Positions 17,866-28,889 of a stretch of 64,000 nt of DNA are shown one piece after another. The notes beneath the pieces were generated by a model. That model saw only the letters and a list, made by a program, of their open reading frames with translations, was not told the DNA's origin and made no database searches. Numbering within the stretch: position 1 is the first letter of the stretch; every line of letters begins with the position of its first letter. Source of the stretch: Atribacterota bacterium (lineage in GTDB: Bacteria; Atribacterota; Phoenicimicrobiia; Phoenicimicrobiales; Stramentimicrobiaceae). The DNA is taken from assembly GCA_040767965.1 (NCBI GenBank), contig JAXGNR010000004.1:416001-480000 (forward strand). Reading direction: 5' to 3'. Made by a program: the position numbers and the translations under genes.

Positions 17866-19758
17866 GTGAATAAAAAAGTTATAACAAAAACAGATATACA
17901 AGAGTTCTTAAAAAGTAAATTATTAGAAAATGTTGAAAAACCAGGACGTTATATTGGTAAAGAATATAATGAGGTTGTTAAAGAGGAACAGAATTCCCTG
18001 ATAAAAGTAGCCCTGGCCTTTCCTGATTTATATGAAATTGGAATGAGCTATTTGGGTTATAAAATATTATACGAAATAATCAATAAAAGAGTAGACGCTG
18101 CTGCTGAAAGGGTTTTTTTGCCAGCAAAAGATATGGAAATATTAATGAAAAAAGAGGATATTCCATTATTTTCTCTGGAAAATTACAGGCTATTAACAGA
18201 TTTTAATATTATCGGTTTCAGTTTGCAGCACGAACTGTGCTATACTAATGTTCTGCATACTCTAAATTTAGGTAATCTACCTCTGTATTCAGCTGATCGA
18301 GATGAAAGTTTTCCTTTAATAATTGCCGGCGGCCCTTCTGCTTTTAATCCAGAACCATTGGCTGATTTTATTGACCTGTTTGTGATAGGAGATGGAGAGG
18401 ATGTGATTGGCGAAATTATCGATGTCTACCAACAATGGGCAAACAAGACAAAAAGTAAGACCAAATATGACTTATTGCTGTCTTTAAGCAAGTTAAAAGG
18501 AATCTATATACCTTCTTTTTATAAAGTTAATTATAAGGAAGACGGAACTATTGATTCGTTTCAAAAAAAGGTAGCAGAAATAGATTTGCCTGTTAAAAAA
18601 AGAATTACTTTAGACTTAAACAAAGCACCATATCCAGATTTCCCCATCGTACCCAATATTGATGTAGTTCATAACCGGATTACTCTGGAAATATTTCGTG
18701 GGTGTACAAGAGGGTGCAGGTTTTGCCAGGCAGGCATAATTTATAGGCCGATAAGGGAGAGAAGCGCAAAAACAATTTTTGCTATGGCTGAAAATAGCTT
18801 AAAAAATACTGGTTATGATGAAGTATCTCTATCTTCTTTAAGCTCTAGCGATCATAGCTGCATTAGTCAAATAACAGATACTTTGGTTAATTGTTATAAG
18901 GATATTGGTGTAGCAGTATCTTTACCATCTTTGAGGATTGACAGTTTTTCTGTCCAATTGGCCAGACAAACACAACAGGTTCGGAAAACAGGTTTGACTT
19001 TTGCCCCTGAAGTGGGGACAAAGAGAATGAGCAATGTGATAAATAAAAACGTTTCCGAAGATGATCTATATCAAACTGTTCAGGATGCTCTGAAAGAAGG
19101 CTGGCAACGGATAAAGCTGTATTTTATGATAGGTTTGCCTACAGAAACCTGGAATGATATTGATGGCATCATAGACATAATCAAAAAAGTAGAAGCCATA
19201 GGCAAGCAAAAAAAAGGCAAGAGATTTACGCTAAGTGTAAGCATCAATTCTTTTATTCCAAAAGCTCATACTCCTTTCCAGTGGGTAACTCAAGAAAATG
19301 AGAAATCCTTACAGGAAAAATTTGCTTATATAGCTGACAGGCTAAGAAATAAAAAGAATATTTCGTATAGTTTCCCTGATACAGAATTAAGTGTCCTGGA
19401 AAGTGTTTTTGCTAGAGGAGATAGAAGGCTTGGATTGGTAATAGAAGATGCTTACATGTTAGGCTGTAAGTTTGATACTTGGAGAGAATTTTTTGATTTC
19501 AATAAATGGGAACAGGCCTTTCAAAAGAACAATATTATGGTGGATTTTTACACATATAGGGAAAGAGGTAAAGAAGAAATCTTGCCATGGGACTTGATTG
19601 ATTGCGGGGTAAATAAAAGTTTTCTATGGTCAGAGTGTGAGAAAGCTTCTCAAGAAATAACAACTGATGACTGTCGTAATGCTAGTTGCCATAATTGCGG
19701 GTTACAGGAAATTTGCAGTTCATTTAAAAAAGCGAACATAAAGAAAGAGCTAAGTTAA
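17866..19758 (+). CDS. TIGR03960-type B12-binding radical SAM protein
   Basis: VEKPGRYIGKEYN, LAFPDLYEIGMS, EIFRGCTRGCRFCQAG (CxxxCxxC), FIPKAHTPFQW. Confidence 0.9.
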   Translation: MNKKVITKTDIQEFLKSKLLENVEKPGRYIGKEYNEVVKEEQNSLIKVALAFPDLYEIGMSYLGYKILYEIINKRVDAAAERVFLPAKDMEILMKKEDIPLFSLENYRLLTDFNIIGFSLQHELCYTNVLHTLNLGNLPLYSADRDESFPLIIAGGPSAFNPEPLADFIDLFVIGDGEDVIGEIIDVYQQWANKTKSKTKYDLLLSLSKLKGIYIPSFYKVNYKEDGTIDSFQKKVAEIDLPVKKRITLDLNKAPYPDFPIVPNIDVVHNRITLEIFRGCTRGCRFCQAGIIYRPIRERSAKTIFAMAENSLKNTGYDEVSLSSLSSSDHSCISQITDTLVNCYKDIGVAVSLPSLRIDSFSVQLARQTQQVRKTGLTFAPEVGTKRMSNVINKNVSEDDLYQTVQDALKEGWQRIKLYFMIGLPTETWNDIDGIIDIIKKVEAIGKQKKGKRFTLSVSINSFIPKAHTPFQWVTQENEKSLQEKFAYIADRLRNKKNISYSFPDTELSVLESVFARGDRRLGLVIEDAYMLGCKFDTWREFFDFNKWEQAFQKNNIMVDFYTYRERGKEEILPWDLIDCGVNKSFLWSECEKASQEITTDDCRNASCHNCGLQEICSSFKKANIKKELS

Positions 19759-19764
19759 TATAAA

Positions 19765-20460
19765 ATGAGATATAATTATCGTATTGAGTATAAAAAAAAT
19801 GGTCCTTTAAAATATATTTCACATTTGGATTTAAGTGCATTGTTCTGCCGAGCCTTACGTAGAGCCAGGATTCCAGTTGAGTTAACTCAAGGTTTTAATA
19901 GTAGGTTTAGAGTTTCTTTTGGGCCGGCATTATCTTTAGGGTTTACAGGATGGAAAGAGTTATTAGATGTTTCTTTAACCGAAGAATTGGAAAATAACCT
20001 TTTTAAAGAGAAGATTAACCATGCAGCACCGGTTGGATTGGAAATAACACATATATGCCAGATAGATGAAAATGCACTATCCTTAAGTCGTTATTTGCAG
20101 TTTGCTTCTTACCTGATGCAAATAGAATTTCAATCTTTAGAAAATGATATCAAAAGAGAAGAAAAAATAGCTATAGTAAAACATAGAATTACTGAATTTA
20201 AACACAGACAAAACATTTTTATTAAAAAACAAACCAAGAAACAGTTAAAAGAAATAGATTTAAAACCCTTAATCTACCAGATGGAGTTAGTCTCAGATCA
20301 AATGGATAACATCTGTCATATAAGGTTAATAATTGATATAGAACAAAGAGGAAGTATCAATCCACTTTTAATAATAAAGGAATTTCTCGTGAAAAATGAT
20401 GATTTAAAAATATCAATTAGTAATGTGATTAGAGAAAAATTTATTTTCTCTTCTAATTAA
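19765..20460 (+). CDS. TIGR03936/DUF2344 radical SAM-associated protein
   Basis: KYISHLD, RALRRA, TQGFN...SFGPALSLG; usual partner of the upstream gene. Confidence 0.85.
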   Translation: MRYNYRIEYKKNGPLKYISHLDLSALFCRALRRARIPVELTQGFNSRFRVSFGPALSLGFTGWKELLDVSLTEELENNLFKEKINHAAPVGLEITHICQIDENALSLSRYLQFASYLMQIEFQSLENDIKREEKIAIVKHRITEFKHRQNIFIKKQTKKQLKEIDLKPLIYQMELVSDQMDNICHIRLIIDIEQRGSINPLLIIKEFLVKNDDLKISISNVIREKFIFSSN

Positions 20461-20580
20461 AAGCAATTTTTAATAAATCTGTTAATTTGTTAAAGTAAAC
20501 AGAAAAGTATTTAGTTTAACAAATTATAAAAATTTATAAAAATATAACATATAAATAAAGAGGAAGGTGATACCTGAAAA

Positions 20581-22101
20581 ATGGATACTAAAGGAAAACA
20601 AGTAATTATTGATAGCGGCATAAGCGAAGAACGGGTTGCTATTTTAGAAAATAATAAATTGGTAGAAATCCATATAGAAAGACTGGAAGATCGTAAAATT
20701 ATAGGGAATATCTATAAAGGTAAAGTAATGAATGTTTTGCCGGGAATTGAAGCAGCTTTTGTAGACATAGGGATAGATCGAAATGCTTTTTTGCATTTGA
20801 ATGATGTAGAGCAGGCTTTTGGAAAACAGAATGATAAGAGCATAGATGTTAAAGATTTAATAAAAGTAGGGCAGGAAATTGATGTGCAGGTGGTGAAAGA
20901 GGCAATAGCCCCAAAGGGTGCACGGGTAACAACAAATATTAGCTTACCAGGACGTTATTTAGTTTTAATGCCTAACAATAATGGAGTTGCAGTATCCAGG
21001 CGGATCGAAGATGAAGAAGAAAAGGAAAGACTGAAAAAGGCAGTGCAAAGTGTTAAGAAAAAAGAATTCGGTTTCATTGTTCGTACAGCCGGAGTAGGAA
21101 AGGATGAAACTGATTTTGTTCCAGATATGGAAATCTTGATCAGATTGTGGAATAAAATTCAAAAAAGAAGTCAAAAGGCAAAAGCTCCCTTGCTTTTGCA
21201 TGAGGACTTAAATCTGACCTATAGAATTATTCGTGACCTTTTTACAGAAGATATTGACGAATTTGTTGTTAATTCTGAAAAAGAGTATCATAAAATAATT
21301 AGTTTTCTTGACACTCTTTTTTTACTGGATTTAAAACCTAGAGTATCTTTTTACACTGGTGAAAAACCAATATTTGAAGAATACGGTATTGAAAAAGAAA
21401 TCAATCGTGCTTTGGAGAAAAAAGTTTGGATTAAATGTGGTGGATATCTGGTGTTTGATGAAGTGGAAGCATTGACTGTAATTGATGTTAATACAGGAAA
21501 GTATGTTGGTGGGAAAAAAATGAAAAATACCGTTTTAAAAACTAACCTTCAAGCTGCTGAGGAAATAGCACGACAACTGAGATTAAGAGACATTGGTGGA
21601 ATTATTATTATTGACTTTATTGATATGGATAATAAAGAAGATCAGCAAAAGGTCATTAAAAAACTAGAAGAAGCTTTGAAAAAAGACAAGACAAAATCTA
21701 ATATAGTTCAAACAACTGAATTGGGACTGGTGGAATTGACCAGGAAGAGGTCCAAAAGGGATTTAGACTCATTGCTGCGCACTTCTTGTCCTTATTGTTC
21801 AGGAAATGGACGTGTGTTATCAGCAGAAACAGTCAGTAACCAGGTTATTCACAAATTAGAGGATCTCTGTAAGAACTCTAAGGCTGAAGCAATATTTTTA
21901 GGAGTACATCCAAAAGTTGAAGAGGAATTGTCAGGAAGTAAGATGTTGCTTGTTAAACAGCTTGAGAGAGAATATCACAAGTTAATTTATATTACCAGTT
22001 TAACAGATATTCATATTGAAAAGATAAAAGTTATTGCTATAGGAAGAAAGAAAGAAATTAAAAAAATTGTAAAAGTATTTCAAACTAACAAGATAACCTG
22101 A
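20581..22101 (+). CDS. rng: Ribonuclease E/G family (Rne/Rng)
   Basis: GNIYKGKVMNVLPG.EAAFVDIG, LPGRYLV, ALTVIDVNTG, RQLRLRDIGGIIIIDFIDM, CPYCSG. Confidence 0.92.
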   Translation: MDTKGKQVIIDSGISEERVAILENNKLVEIHIERLEDRKIIGNIYKGKVMNVLPGIEAAFVDIGIDRNAFLHLNDVEQAFGKQNDKSIDVKDLIKVGQEIDVQVVKEAIAPKGARVTTNISLPGRYLVLMPNNNGVAVSRRIEDEEEKERLKKAVQSVKKKEFGFIVRTAGVGKDETDFVPDMEILIRLWNKIQKRSQKAKAPLLLHEDLNLTYRIIRDLFTEDIDEFVVNSEKEYHKIISFLDTLFLLDLKPRVSFYTGEKPIFEEYGIEKEINRALEKKVWIKCGGYLVFDEVEALTVIDVNTGKYVGGKKMKNTVLKTNLQAAEEIARQLRLRDIGGIIIIDFIDMDNKEDQQKVIKKLEEALKKDKTKSNIVQTTELGLVELTRKRSKRDLDSLLRTSCPYCSGNGRVLSAETVSNQVIHKLEDLCKNSKAEAIFLGVHPKVEEELSGSKMLLVKQLEREYHKLIYITSLTDIHIEKIKVIAIGRKKEIKKIVKVFQTNKIT

Positions 22102-22160
22102 TTAGTTGGGAGAAATGGCTTCAAATAGAAGCATTGTAAGATACATAAATAAAAAATGAT

Positions 22161-22189
22161 TTGACATGATTTATTTTATGTGATAAATT
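22161..22189 (+). promoter_or_regulatory. sigma70 promoter for rplU-rpmA
   Basis: TTGACA-17 bp-TAAATT with extended -10 TG. Confidence 0.75.
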
Positions 22190-22204
22190 TTATAAGCTAA
22201 TTGA

Positions 22205-22248
22205 CGCACTGGCTAGGCTGTAAAGCTTTTTAGCTGCCTATCCAGGCG
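22205..22248 (+). ncRNA. Probable L21 leader (ribosomal protein leader RNA)
   Basis: GC-rich hairpin CGCACTGGCTAGGC...GCCTATCCAGGCG between the promoter and the rplU SD. Confidence 0.6.
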
Positions 22249-22275
22249 ATTTTAAAAGCAGGAGGAAATACTATA

Positions 22276-22593
22276 ATGCACGCAGTTATTGCAACCGGTG
22301 GCAAGCAATATATAGTTCAAGAAGGAAGCGTTATCAAAATTGAAAAGCTCGAATTGCAAGAAGGAGATACAGTAAAAATTGATCAGGTTTTAATGCTGGA
22401 AAAAGATGGTGAATATGTATTCGGTCAACCGCTAATTGATAATAGTTATGTTGAAGGTAAAGTGCTAAAAAACGGCAAAGCTAAAAAAATTGTAGTTTTT
22501 AAATACAAACCAAAGAAAAAATACCAAAAGAAGTCTGGTCATAGACAGCTTTACACAGAAATAAAAATAGAACAAATTGTTGAAGGAAAATAG
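22276..22593 (+). CDS. rplU: 50S ribosomal protein L21
   Basis: MHAVIATGGKQY, KIVVFKYKPKK, GHRQLYT. Confidence 0.97.
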   Translation: MHAVIATGGKQYIVQEGSVIKIEKLELQEGDTVKIDQVLMLEKDGEYVFGQPLIDNSYVEGKVLKNGKAKKIVVFKYKPKKKYQKKSGHRQLYTEIKIEQIVEGK

Positions 22594-22665
22594 CATAGAA
22601 TAAGTAATTAAAAAACTATTCGTTCTTTAGTCAAACCTTATAGCTTTAAAGAGAGGTGAAATAAT

Positions 22666-22926
22666 ATGGCTCATAAAAAAGGGCAAGGATCAGCTAAAAA
22701 TGGTCGCGATAGTATATCGAAAAGACTTGGAGTTAAAAAATTTGGTGGTCAACTTGTTAAAAGTGGTAATATTATAGTTAGACAAAGGGGTACTCGTATC
22801 ATACCTGGTAAAAATGTAGGTCGTGGAAATGATGATACCTTATTTGCCTTAATTGATGGTTATGTCGATTTTAAGCCGAAAGGCAAGAGTAGAAAACAGG
22901 TATCTGTAAATGCTCTAGAGGCATAA
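22666..22926 (+). CDS. rpmA: 50S ribosomal protein L27
   Basis: [35 protein letters not shown]. Confidence 0.97.
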   Translation: MAHKKGQGSAKNGRDSISKRLGVKKFGGQLVKSGNIIVRQRGTRIIPGKNVGRGNDDTLFALIDGYVDFKPKGKSRKQVSVNALEA

Positions 22927-22952
22927 CAGGAAATTAATTAGAAGTAAATAGT

Positions 22953-22985
22953 ACCCTGGGTTTTGTAAAAAACTCAGGGTTTTTT
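22953..22985 (+). terminator. Rho-independent terminator after rpmA
   Basis: ACCCTGGGTTTT-gtaa-AAAACTCAGGGT followed by a T run. Confidence 0.75.
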
Positions 22986-23047
22986 ATTATTAATATATAT
23001 AAATATAAATTTTAAATATTTTAAATATAAATAAAAAAGGTTAAAAA

Positions 23048-24343
23048 ATGTTTTCTGATAAAGTAATTATATTTGTAAAAGCTGGCTCTGGTGGTGATGG
23101 TGCAGTAAGTTTTAGGAGGGAACGCCATATTCCTAAAGGTGGCCCTGACGGTGGAGATGGTGGTAAAGGTGGAGATGTATATATAGAAGTTGATTCTCAT
23201 ACCAAGACTTTAATTCAATTATATCGCAAGCCTCATTGCAAAGCTGAACATGGAGATCATGGTAAAGGTCAGAAGAAAAACGGAAAAGATGGACAGGATT
23301 TGATTATTAAAGTCCCTGCAGGGACTGTTGTTGAGGATTTAGAAAAAGAAAGGATTATTGCAGATCTGGCAGAACCTGAAAGAAAAATTTTGATTGCAAA
23401 AGGAGGGTCCGGGGGAAAAGGAAATTATCGTTTTAGAAACTCCCAAAGACAAACTCCTAGATTTGCCCAAAAAGGAGAAAAAGGGGAAGAGTTAAAACTA
23501 AAATTAAATTTGAAATTAATTGCCGATGCGGGGCTAGTAGGTTTTCCGAATGCCGGTAAATCTACTCTTTTGTCTCGTGTTTCAGCCGCTAAACCTAAAA
23601 TAGCTGATTATCCTTTTACAACAATGGAACCATATTTGGGGGTAGTTAAAGTTGATGAGGAGAATTCTTTTGTACTTGCTGATATTCCAGGAATAATAGA
23701 AGGTGCTCATCAGGGAGTTGGTCTTGGAACACGATTTCTAAAGCATATTGAAAGAACCAAAGTTTTGATTCATATTATTGATGGAGCAAAAAGTATTAAT
23801 CAGGGTATAGATGATATTTATAATGATTATCTTATTATCGAGAATGAATTAAAAAACTATGCCCAAATTTTAGAAAAAAAAGAAAAAATAATTGCAGTAA
23901 ATAAATGCGATTTACCAGAAGTACAGTCTCGGAAGAAAGAAATCAAAGAATATTTTTTAAAAAAAGGAATTCCGGTTTTTTTTATATCTGCAGTTAGCGG
24001 AGAAGGGATCTCTGACTTAATTTACCAGGTGTTTAACAGAATATCTTTTTTTGATTCCCAAGAAAAGGAAGAACAAAGCTCACAGCAACAAGAAAAAGAA
24101 GAAATTAGCTATTATAAATATGAGCCAGATTTTACTGTAAAAAAACAAGGAGGCTTGTTTATTGTGGAAGGCAGTAAAATTGTCAAACTGGTTAATCAAT
24201 TTGATCTAGAGAACCCGCAAGCCCTGGAATATTTCCAAAAAAAATTTAAAAGTAGCGGAGTTGAAAAGGTATTACTCAAGGAAGGAATTACTGATGGAGA
24301 TAAAGTGAAAATTGGAGAGAAGACTTTTTACTTTTATTCATAG
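23048..24343 (+). CDS. obgE: GTPase ObgE/CgtA
   Basis: GGDGAVSFRRE, GGPDGGDGG, GFPNAGKST, DYPFTT, DIPG, NKCD; C-terminal OCT-like domain. Confidence 0.97.
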   Translation: MFSDKVIIFVKAGSGGDGAVSFRRERHIPKGGPDGGDGGKGGDVYIEVDSHTKTLIQLYRKPHCKAEHGDHGKGQKKNGKDGQDLIIKVPAGTVVEDLEKERIIADLAEPERKILIAKGGSGGKGNYRFRNSQRQTPRFAQKGEKGEELKLKLNLKLIADAGLVGFPNAGKSTLLSRVSAAKPKIADYPFTTMEPYLGVVKVDEENSFVLADIPGIIEGAHQGVGLGTRFLKHIERTKVLIHIIDGAKSINQGIDDIYNDYLIIENELKNYAQILEKKEKIIAVNKCDLPEVQSRKKEIKEYFLKKGIPVFFISAVSGEGISDLIYQVFNRISFFDSQEKEEQSSQQQEKEEISYYKYEPDFTVKKQGGLFIVEGSKIVKLVNQFDLENPQALEYFQKKFKSSGVEKVLLKEGITDGDKVKIGEKTFYFYS

Positions 24344-24415
24344 ATACTGTATAATATTATGTTAAATAAATTTCTTTTAATTTTATAAGATGATTTAAAA
24401 TATAAAGGGAAAAAA

Positions 24416-27400
24416 ATGATTTGCTGGTTTAAAATATTAAAAAAATGCAAAAATAAAATATCACAAATTCTTTTGCTATCTATTATTTTCGTTATGTTTC
24501 TTTTTCTAGAAGTAAGCAGTTTTAACTTAGATAGCCCAAGAGTAGCAGTCTATTATTTTCATAACCGATCGGAAAATCTTGAATTGAATTGGCTAGAAGA
24601 GGATCTGCCTTTTTCTATTGGTCAATCATTATCCAAGATTCAAGAAATAGATTTTGTTAATTTATCTGAAGCTGATACTGTTGCTGATTACCACTTATAT
24701 AAAAATATGATTCCTAAGAAAGATATCAGAATGTTTGGTCAATTGGCAAATTTACTACAGGTAGACTTTCTTTTTTCTGGCAATTTTACCCAGGAGAGCA
24801 GTAATCAAATCGGATTGGATTTATTGATGTATTTAACATCAACAAATCATTTGGTTGAGTTTCGCAGAATGTCAGCTCAATTAAATAATTTAGCTAATCT
24901 GGAAGAACGAATAATTAATATAATTTTGCAAGAAGCAGATGTTGAAATGAACAGTACTTCTTTAGAAAATGTCATTGAAGAAGGATTGGATAACAGGAAT
25001 AGTAAATCTATTGATTTAAGTGAGAATATTTCCAGTGAAATATCTATTCCTGTGCAACCAGAACCAAAAGAAGAGCCTCTTTATTCTGAACCTGTATTAC
25101 GAGACCAAGCAATACAAAACAATTCATTAGTATTAGAGTATTACAAAAAAGCGCTGGATTTAAAAGAAAGAGCTATTCAGGAATATGGAGGTGTCGATTA
25201 CCCCAGCAAGCCTTTATGGAATGAGGCGATTCAAAATGCCACCAAAACAGTAGAACTAGATCCTGATTTTGCCGATGGATACTATTTATTATACGAGATT
25301 TATCAAAAAACTAAATGGATTGCCAGAGAAATAGAAAGCTTGGAGCATTATATTGCTACAATAAGGCGAACGAATAAACAGGTTAGCCTGCAAGAATTTT
25401 CAACCTTACTTACCAGACTTGCTCATTTAAAATTCAATGCTGGGGATACCACAACAGCAGTTAGTTATTTAGAAGAGGCAATTTCTTACAATCCAAATAA
25501 TATCGAAACAAGAAATTATTTAATGGAGATATATTACAATACAGGACAAACAACAAAAGCCTTACAACAAGCAGAAGAGATTAAGAGAATTAAACCAGAC
25601 AGTATTGAATTAGACTGGTATTCTAGAAGAACACAAAGAATAAATCTTTACGGAAGGGAAGCATTTGAAAATTACGAGAACGGTTATAATCTATATATTG
25701 CAAAGAAATTTCAGGAATCAATCAGTTATTTAGAGCAAGCTATACGCATGGCACCAGCTTTCAAGGATGCGCATTATTACCTTGGATTGTCTTATTATCA
25801 TTCCAACAACTTGATATCTGCTATAAAACACTGGGAAGAAGCAGTAAAACTAGATCCTTTTGATACCCATTCCATAATTTACCTTAACAAGGCTGTTGAA
25901 GAAAAAGAATATGGAAGAGAAGCAGTTTGGAGTTTCAATGAAGGCTACGAACACTATATTGCAGGAGAATATCAAGAAGCACTATCTCTTTTCCGAAAAA
26001 CTGTTAATATAAATCCAAATTATGAAAAAGCAAGAATGCTTTTAATGCGGACTTATTATCATTTGGACCAGATGGACGAATATCTGGCAGAAAGAAAAAG
26101 AATTACTGAAAATGTTAATTTTACCGGTGATCTGGAAAGGGAGTTATATCAAGTGGCTTATGACTTCTTCTCCATAAAGGAGTACACTGTAGCCTTAGAA
26201 AAATTGCAGGAATCCTTAGATATAAATCCAGATTATTTAGAATCAAGATTTTTGATAGCAGAAACATGGTACCAGTTAGGAAACTATAGTGAGGCAAATA
26301 TTCATTACCAATATATAATATCCAATTACAGTCAAAGCGAATACTATGCAGATTCCTTGTTAGGCAGTGGCTGGTGTTACTTTTTATCAGAAGATTACCG
26401 CCAGGCTGAAAATTGTTTGAAACTGTTTATTGATAATTTTCCTCAAAGTTCTTTTTACCAGGAAGCATTATACAAACTTGGAAGAACTTATTTTATGCAG
26501 GAGGATTATCATAAAACAATAGAGACTTTAGAGAGTTTGATTAACAGAGAATTTGAACAACAAAAATATTCTATTTCTGAAATAAATTTCTTTATCGGAC
26601 AATCTTATTTTTGGCTGGAAAATTATGGAAAAGCGAAAGAGATTTTATTGTCAATTATAGAAAATGATCCTTATTTTGAAATGATGAACGAAACAAAATA
26701 TTTTTACAGTTTTTCGTTGTTTAGAGAAGGTCGATATCAAGAAGCTATTTCTTTGCTGGAAGAGTTATCTATTCATGCTGACATTCAACTTCAGCAAGAA
26801 GTAAATTATCTTTTGGGAAGAGCATTGCTTGAAATAAAAGACTATGATAAAGTAATTAGGATTAATCGTTCTCTATTAGAAAATGATCTAAATGAAAGCA
26901 TGTTAGCAAATGTTTTGTTTGATTTGGGAATAGCATATTCCAGAAATAAAAATGATGCTGAAGCAGTGAAATACTTCCAGAGAGTATTAGAAGAAGTGCC
27001 GTTGGGAGAGCTGGCAAGGCTAAGTAAGATTGAACTGGCACAGAGTTATTTTTATTTAGAAAGATATGTTGACTCCATAAATGTCCTGAAAGACATTTCT
27101 TCTAAAGAAGCTTTGGAATTGAAAATTGATGCTGCCAGAGCTATGGGCGAGACCGATCTTTTGTTATTATCATTACAGGAGTATGAACAAAAATACCCTG
27201 ATGGCTCTATTTCTGCTGATGGATATTATTCAATAGCAATTTCTCAGTACAATGAAGGAAAATACCAGGAAGCTTATGATACTTTTAAAATATTAGAAGG
27301 TATGGAAATTATTGATGAAATGGAGCAAAAAGTAACTTACTGGCAAGGTTTAAGTCAATATAAACTAAAAAACTATTCTCAAGCAAAAGATTATTTTCAA

Positions 27401-28144
27401 TTGATAGACTATTATACGGGAAACGAAACTGCTATTAGCGCTTTATATATGCTGGCCGAGACATATTATCAAGAAGGAAATTATACTGAAGCAATTAAAT
27501 ATTATCAAGAATTTTTAGAAAACTTTAAAACGAATTCTTTAGCAGAAACTGCCTATTATGGACTGGCCTGGAGCTATTTAAATAACCGTGATTACCCAAA
27601 AAGCATAGAAACATTAGAAATACTGATTGAAAATTACCCGGATAGTCAGTTAGTCGAAGAAGGTTATTTTTTATTAGGTAAAATCCATTTTCTTGCTGGT
27701 GAAAATGATAATTCCCGGACTAATTTAATAGATTTTGTAAATAATTATCCAAACAGTATCTTTAAGGAAGAATCAATTTATATAATTGCACAAATCTATC
27801 TAGAAGAACAGAATTGGATTGATAGTATATTATATTTTGAAAACCTGAAAAATGATTACCCTGAAAGCAATTATTTATCAGGCTCATTATATGGACTTTG
27901 TTTGAGCTATTATAAAATGGAGGAATATTCCAAAGCTCTTGTCAATGGTGAACAATATTTAAACTACTTTGATGTTGGTTCACTCAAATGTGATGTTTTA
28001 TACATTATTGCAATCTGTCAAGAAGAGCTGGGAAATATTGCAGCGGCAGTTGAAAGATATGAACAGATAATATCTGAGTGTCCAAATAGTGCTTATATTG
28101 AAAGTGCAAAGGGGCAAATTGAATTCCTTGTTCCAGGACAGTGA
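24416..28144 (+). CDS. Large exported TPR-repeat protein (CpoB/BamD-like TPRs) with N-terminal TolB-N/CsgG-like segment
   Basis: N-terminal hydrophobic helix; RVAVYYFHNRS...LNWLEEDLP; many TPRs, including xxNYPxS-type repeats. Confidence 0.8.
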   Translation: MICWFKILKKCKNKISQILLLSIIFVMFLFLEVSSFNLDSPRVAVYYFHNRSENLELNWLEEDLPFSIGQSLSKIQEIDFVNLSEADTVADYHLYKNMIPKKDIRMFGQLANLLQVDFLFSGNFTQESSNQIGLDLLMYLTSTNHLVEFRRMSAQLNNLANLEERIINIILQEADVEMNSTSLENVIEEGLDNRNSKSIDLSENISSEISIPVQPEPKEEPLYSEPVLRDQAIQNNSLVLEYYKKALDLKERAIQEYGGVDYPSKPLWNEAIQNATKTVELDPDFADGYYLLYEIYQKTKWIAREIESLEHYIATIRRTNKQVSLQEFSTLLTRLAHLKFNAGDTTTAVSYLEEAISYNPNNIETRNYLMEIYYNTGQTTKALQQAEEIKRIKPDSIELDWYSRRTQRINLYGREAFENYENGYNLYIAKKFQESISYLEQAIRMAPAFKDAHYYLGLSYYHSNNLISAIKHWEEAVKLDPFDTHSIIYLNKAVEEKEYGREAVWSFNEGYEHYIAGEYQEALSLFRKTVNINPNYEKARMLLMRTYYHLDQMDEYLAERKRITENVNFTGDLERELYQVAYDFFSIKEYTVALEKLQESLDINPDYLESRFLIAETWYQLGNYSEANIHYQYIISNYSQSEYYADSLLGSGWCYFLSEDYRQAENCLKLFIDNFPQSSFYQEALYKLGRTYFMQEDYHKTIETLESLINREFEQQKYSISEINFFIGQSYFWLENYGKAKEILLSIIENDPYFEMMNETKYFYSFSLFREGRYQEAISLLEELSIHADIQLQQEVNYLLGRALLEIKDYDKVIRINRSLLENDLNESMLANVLFDLGIAYSRNKNDAEAVKYFQRVLEEVPLGELARLSKIELAQSYFYLERYVDSINVLKDISSKEALELKIDAARAMGETDLLLLSLQEYEQKYPDGSISADGYYSIAISQYNEGKYQEAYDTFKILEGMEIIDEMEQKVTYWQGLSQYKLKNYSQAKDYFQLIDYYTGNETAISALYMLAETYYQEGNYTEAIKYYQEFLENFKTNSLAETAYYGLAWSYLNNRDYPKSIETLEILIENYPDSQLVEEGYFLLGKIHFLAGENDNSRTNLIDFVNNYPNSIFKEESIYIIAQIYLEEQNWIDSILYFENLKNDYPESNYLSGSLYGLCLSYYKMEEYSKALVNGEQYLNYFDVGSLKCDVLYIIAICQEELGNIAAAVERYEQIISECPNSAYIESAKGQIEFLVPGQ

Positions 28145-28211
28145 TTGAACAAAAGTATTAGAAATGATAAAAATGTATTAGATTTTATGAAATAGAGGAG
28201 GCTACTATTTA

Positions 28212-28889
28212 ATGTTTGAACTTTTTTATAAGGGCGGTTTCTTGATGTATCCTATTTTTTTCTGTTCTTTGCTGGCAATTGCCATTTTTTTCGAAAGGAT
28301 GTTTTACTTAAAAAGTATCAAAACATCAACAAGAAAATTTGGCAACCGTATAGCCGATTTGGTTAGAAAAGGAAACATCAATTTTGCAATCACTGCCTGT
28401 CGAAAGAATTTTACTCCTATATCCCAGATAATTCTGGCAGCTTTAGTGAAACATGGCAGCTCTAGGGATGAAATAAAAGAGGTCATTGAAGATACTGCAA
28501 GACATGAGATTGCAGCTCTGGAGCGGAATATGCCTATTCTGGGAACAATCGGAAATATTACACCTTTGTTAGGACTTTTGGGAACTGTATTTGGAATGAT
28601 TAAATCTTTCCAGGTTATCTCTGTTGTTGGTGTCGGAAACCCGGAAGCTTTAGCAGGAGGCATATCAGAAGCTCTGCTAACCACTGCTTTTGGTCTTTCA
28701 GTGGCAATCCCAACAATTGTAGCTTACAATTATTTATCTAATCGTATTGACAGGCAAGTTAAAGAAATGGAGTCCACTTCTGTAGAAATACTGGAATTAT
28801 TATCAGAGAATAATAATAATTCAAATATCCAATTTAAAGAGGCGCAAGAGGAAGGTGTAAAAATAGATGAAATTTTATCACATCAGTAA
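28212..28889 (+). CDS. MotA/TolQ/ExbB proton channel family protein
   Basis: GGFLMYPI, TPLLGLLGTVFGMIKSF, LAGGISEALLTTAFGLSVAIP. Confidence 0.93.
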   Translation: MFELFYKGGFLMYPIFFCSLLAIAIFFERMFYLKSIKTSTRKFGNRIADLVRKGNINFAITACRKNFTPISQIILAALVKHGSSRDEIKEVIEDTARHEIAALERNMPILGTIGNITPLLGLLGTVFGMIKSFQVISVVGVGNPEALAGGISEALLTTAFGLSVAIPTIVAYNYLSNRIDRQVKEMESTSVEILELLSENNNNSNIQFKEAQEEGVKIDEILSHQ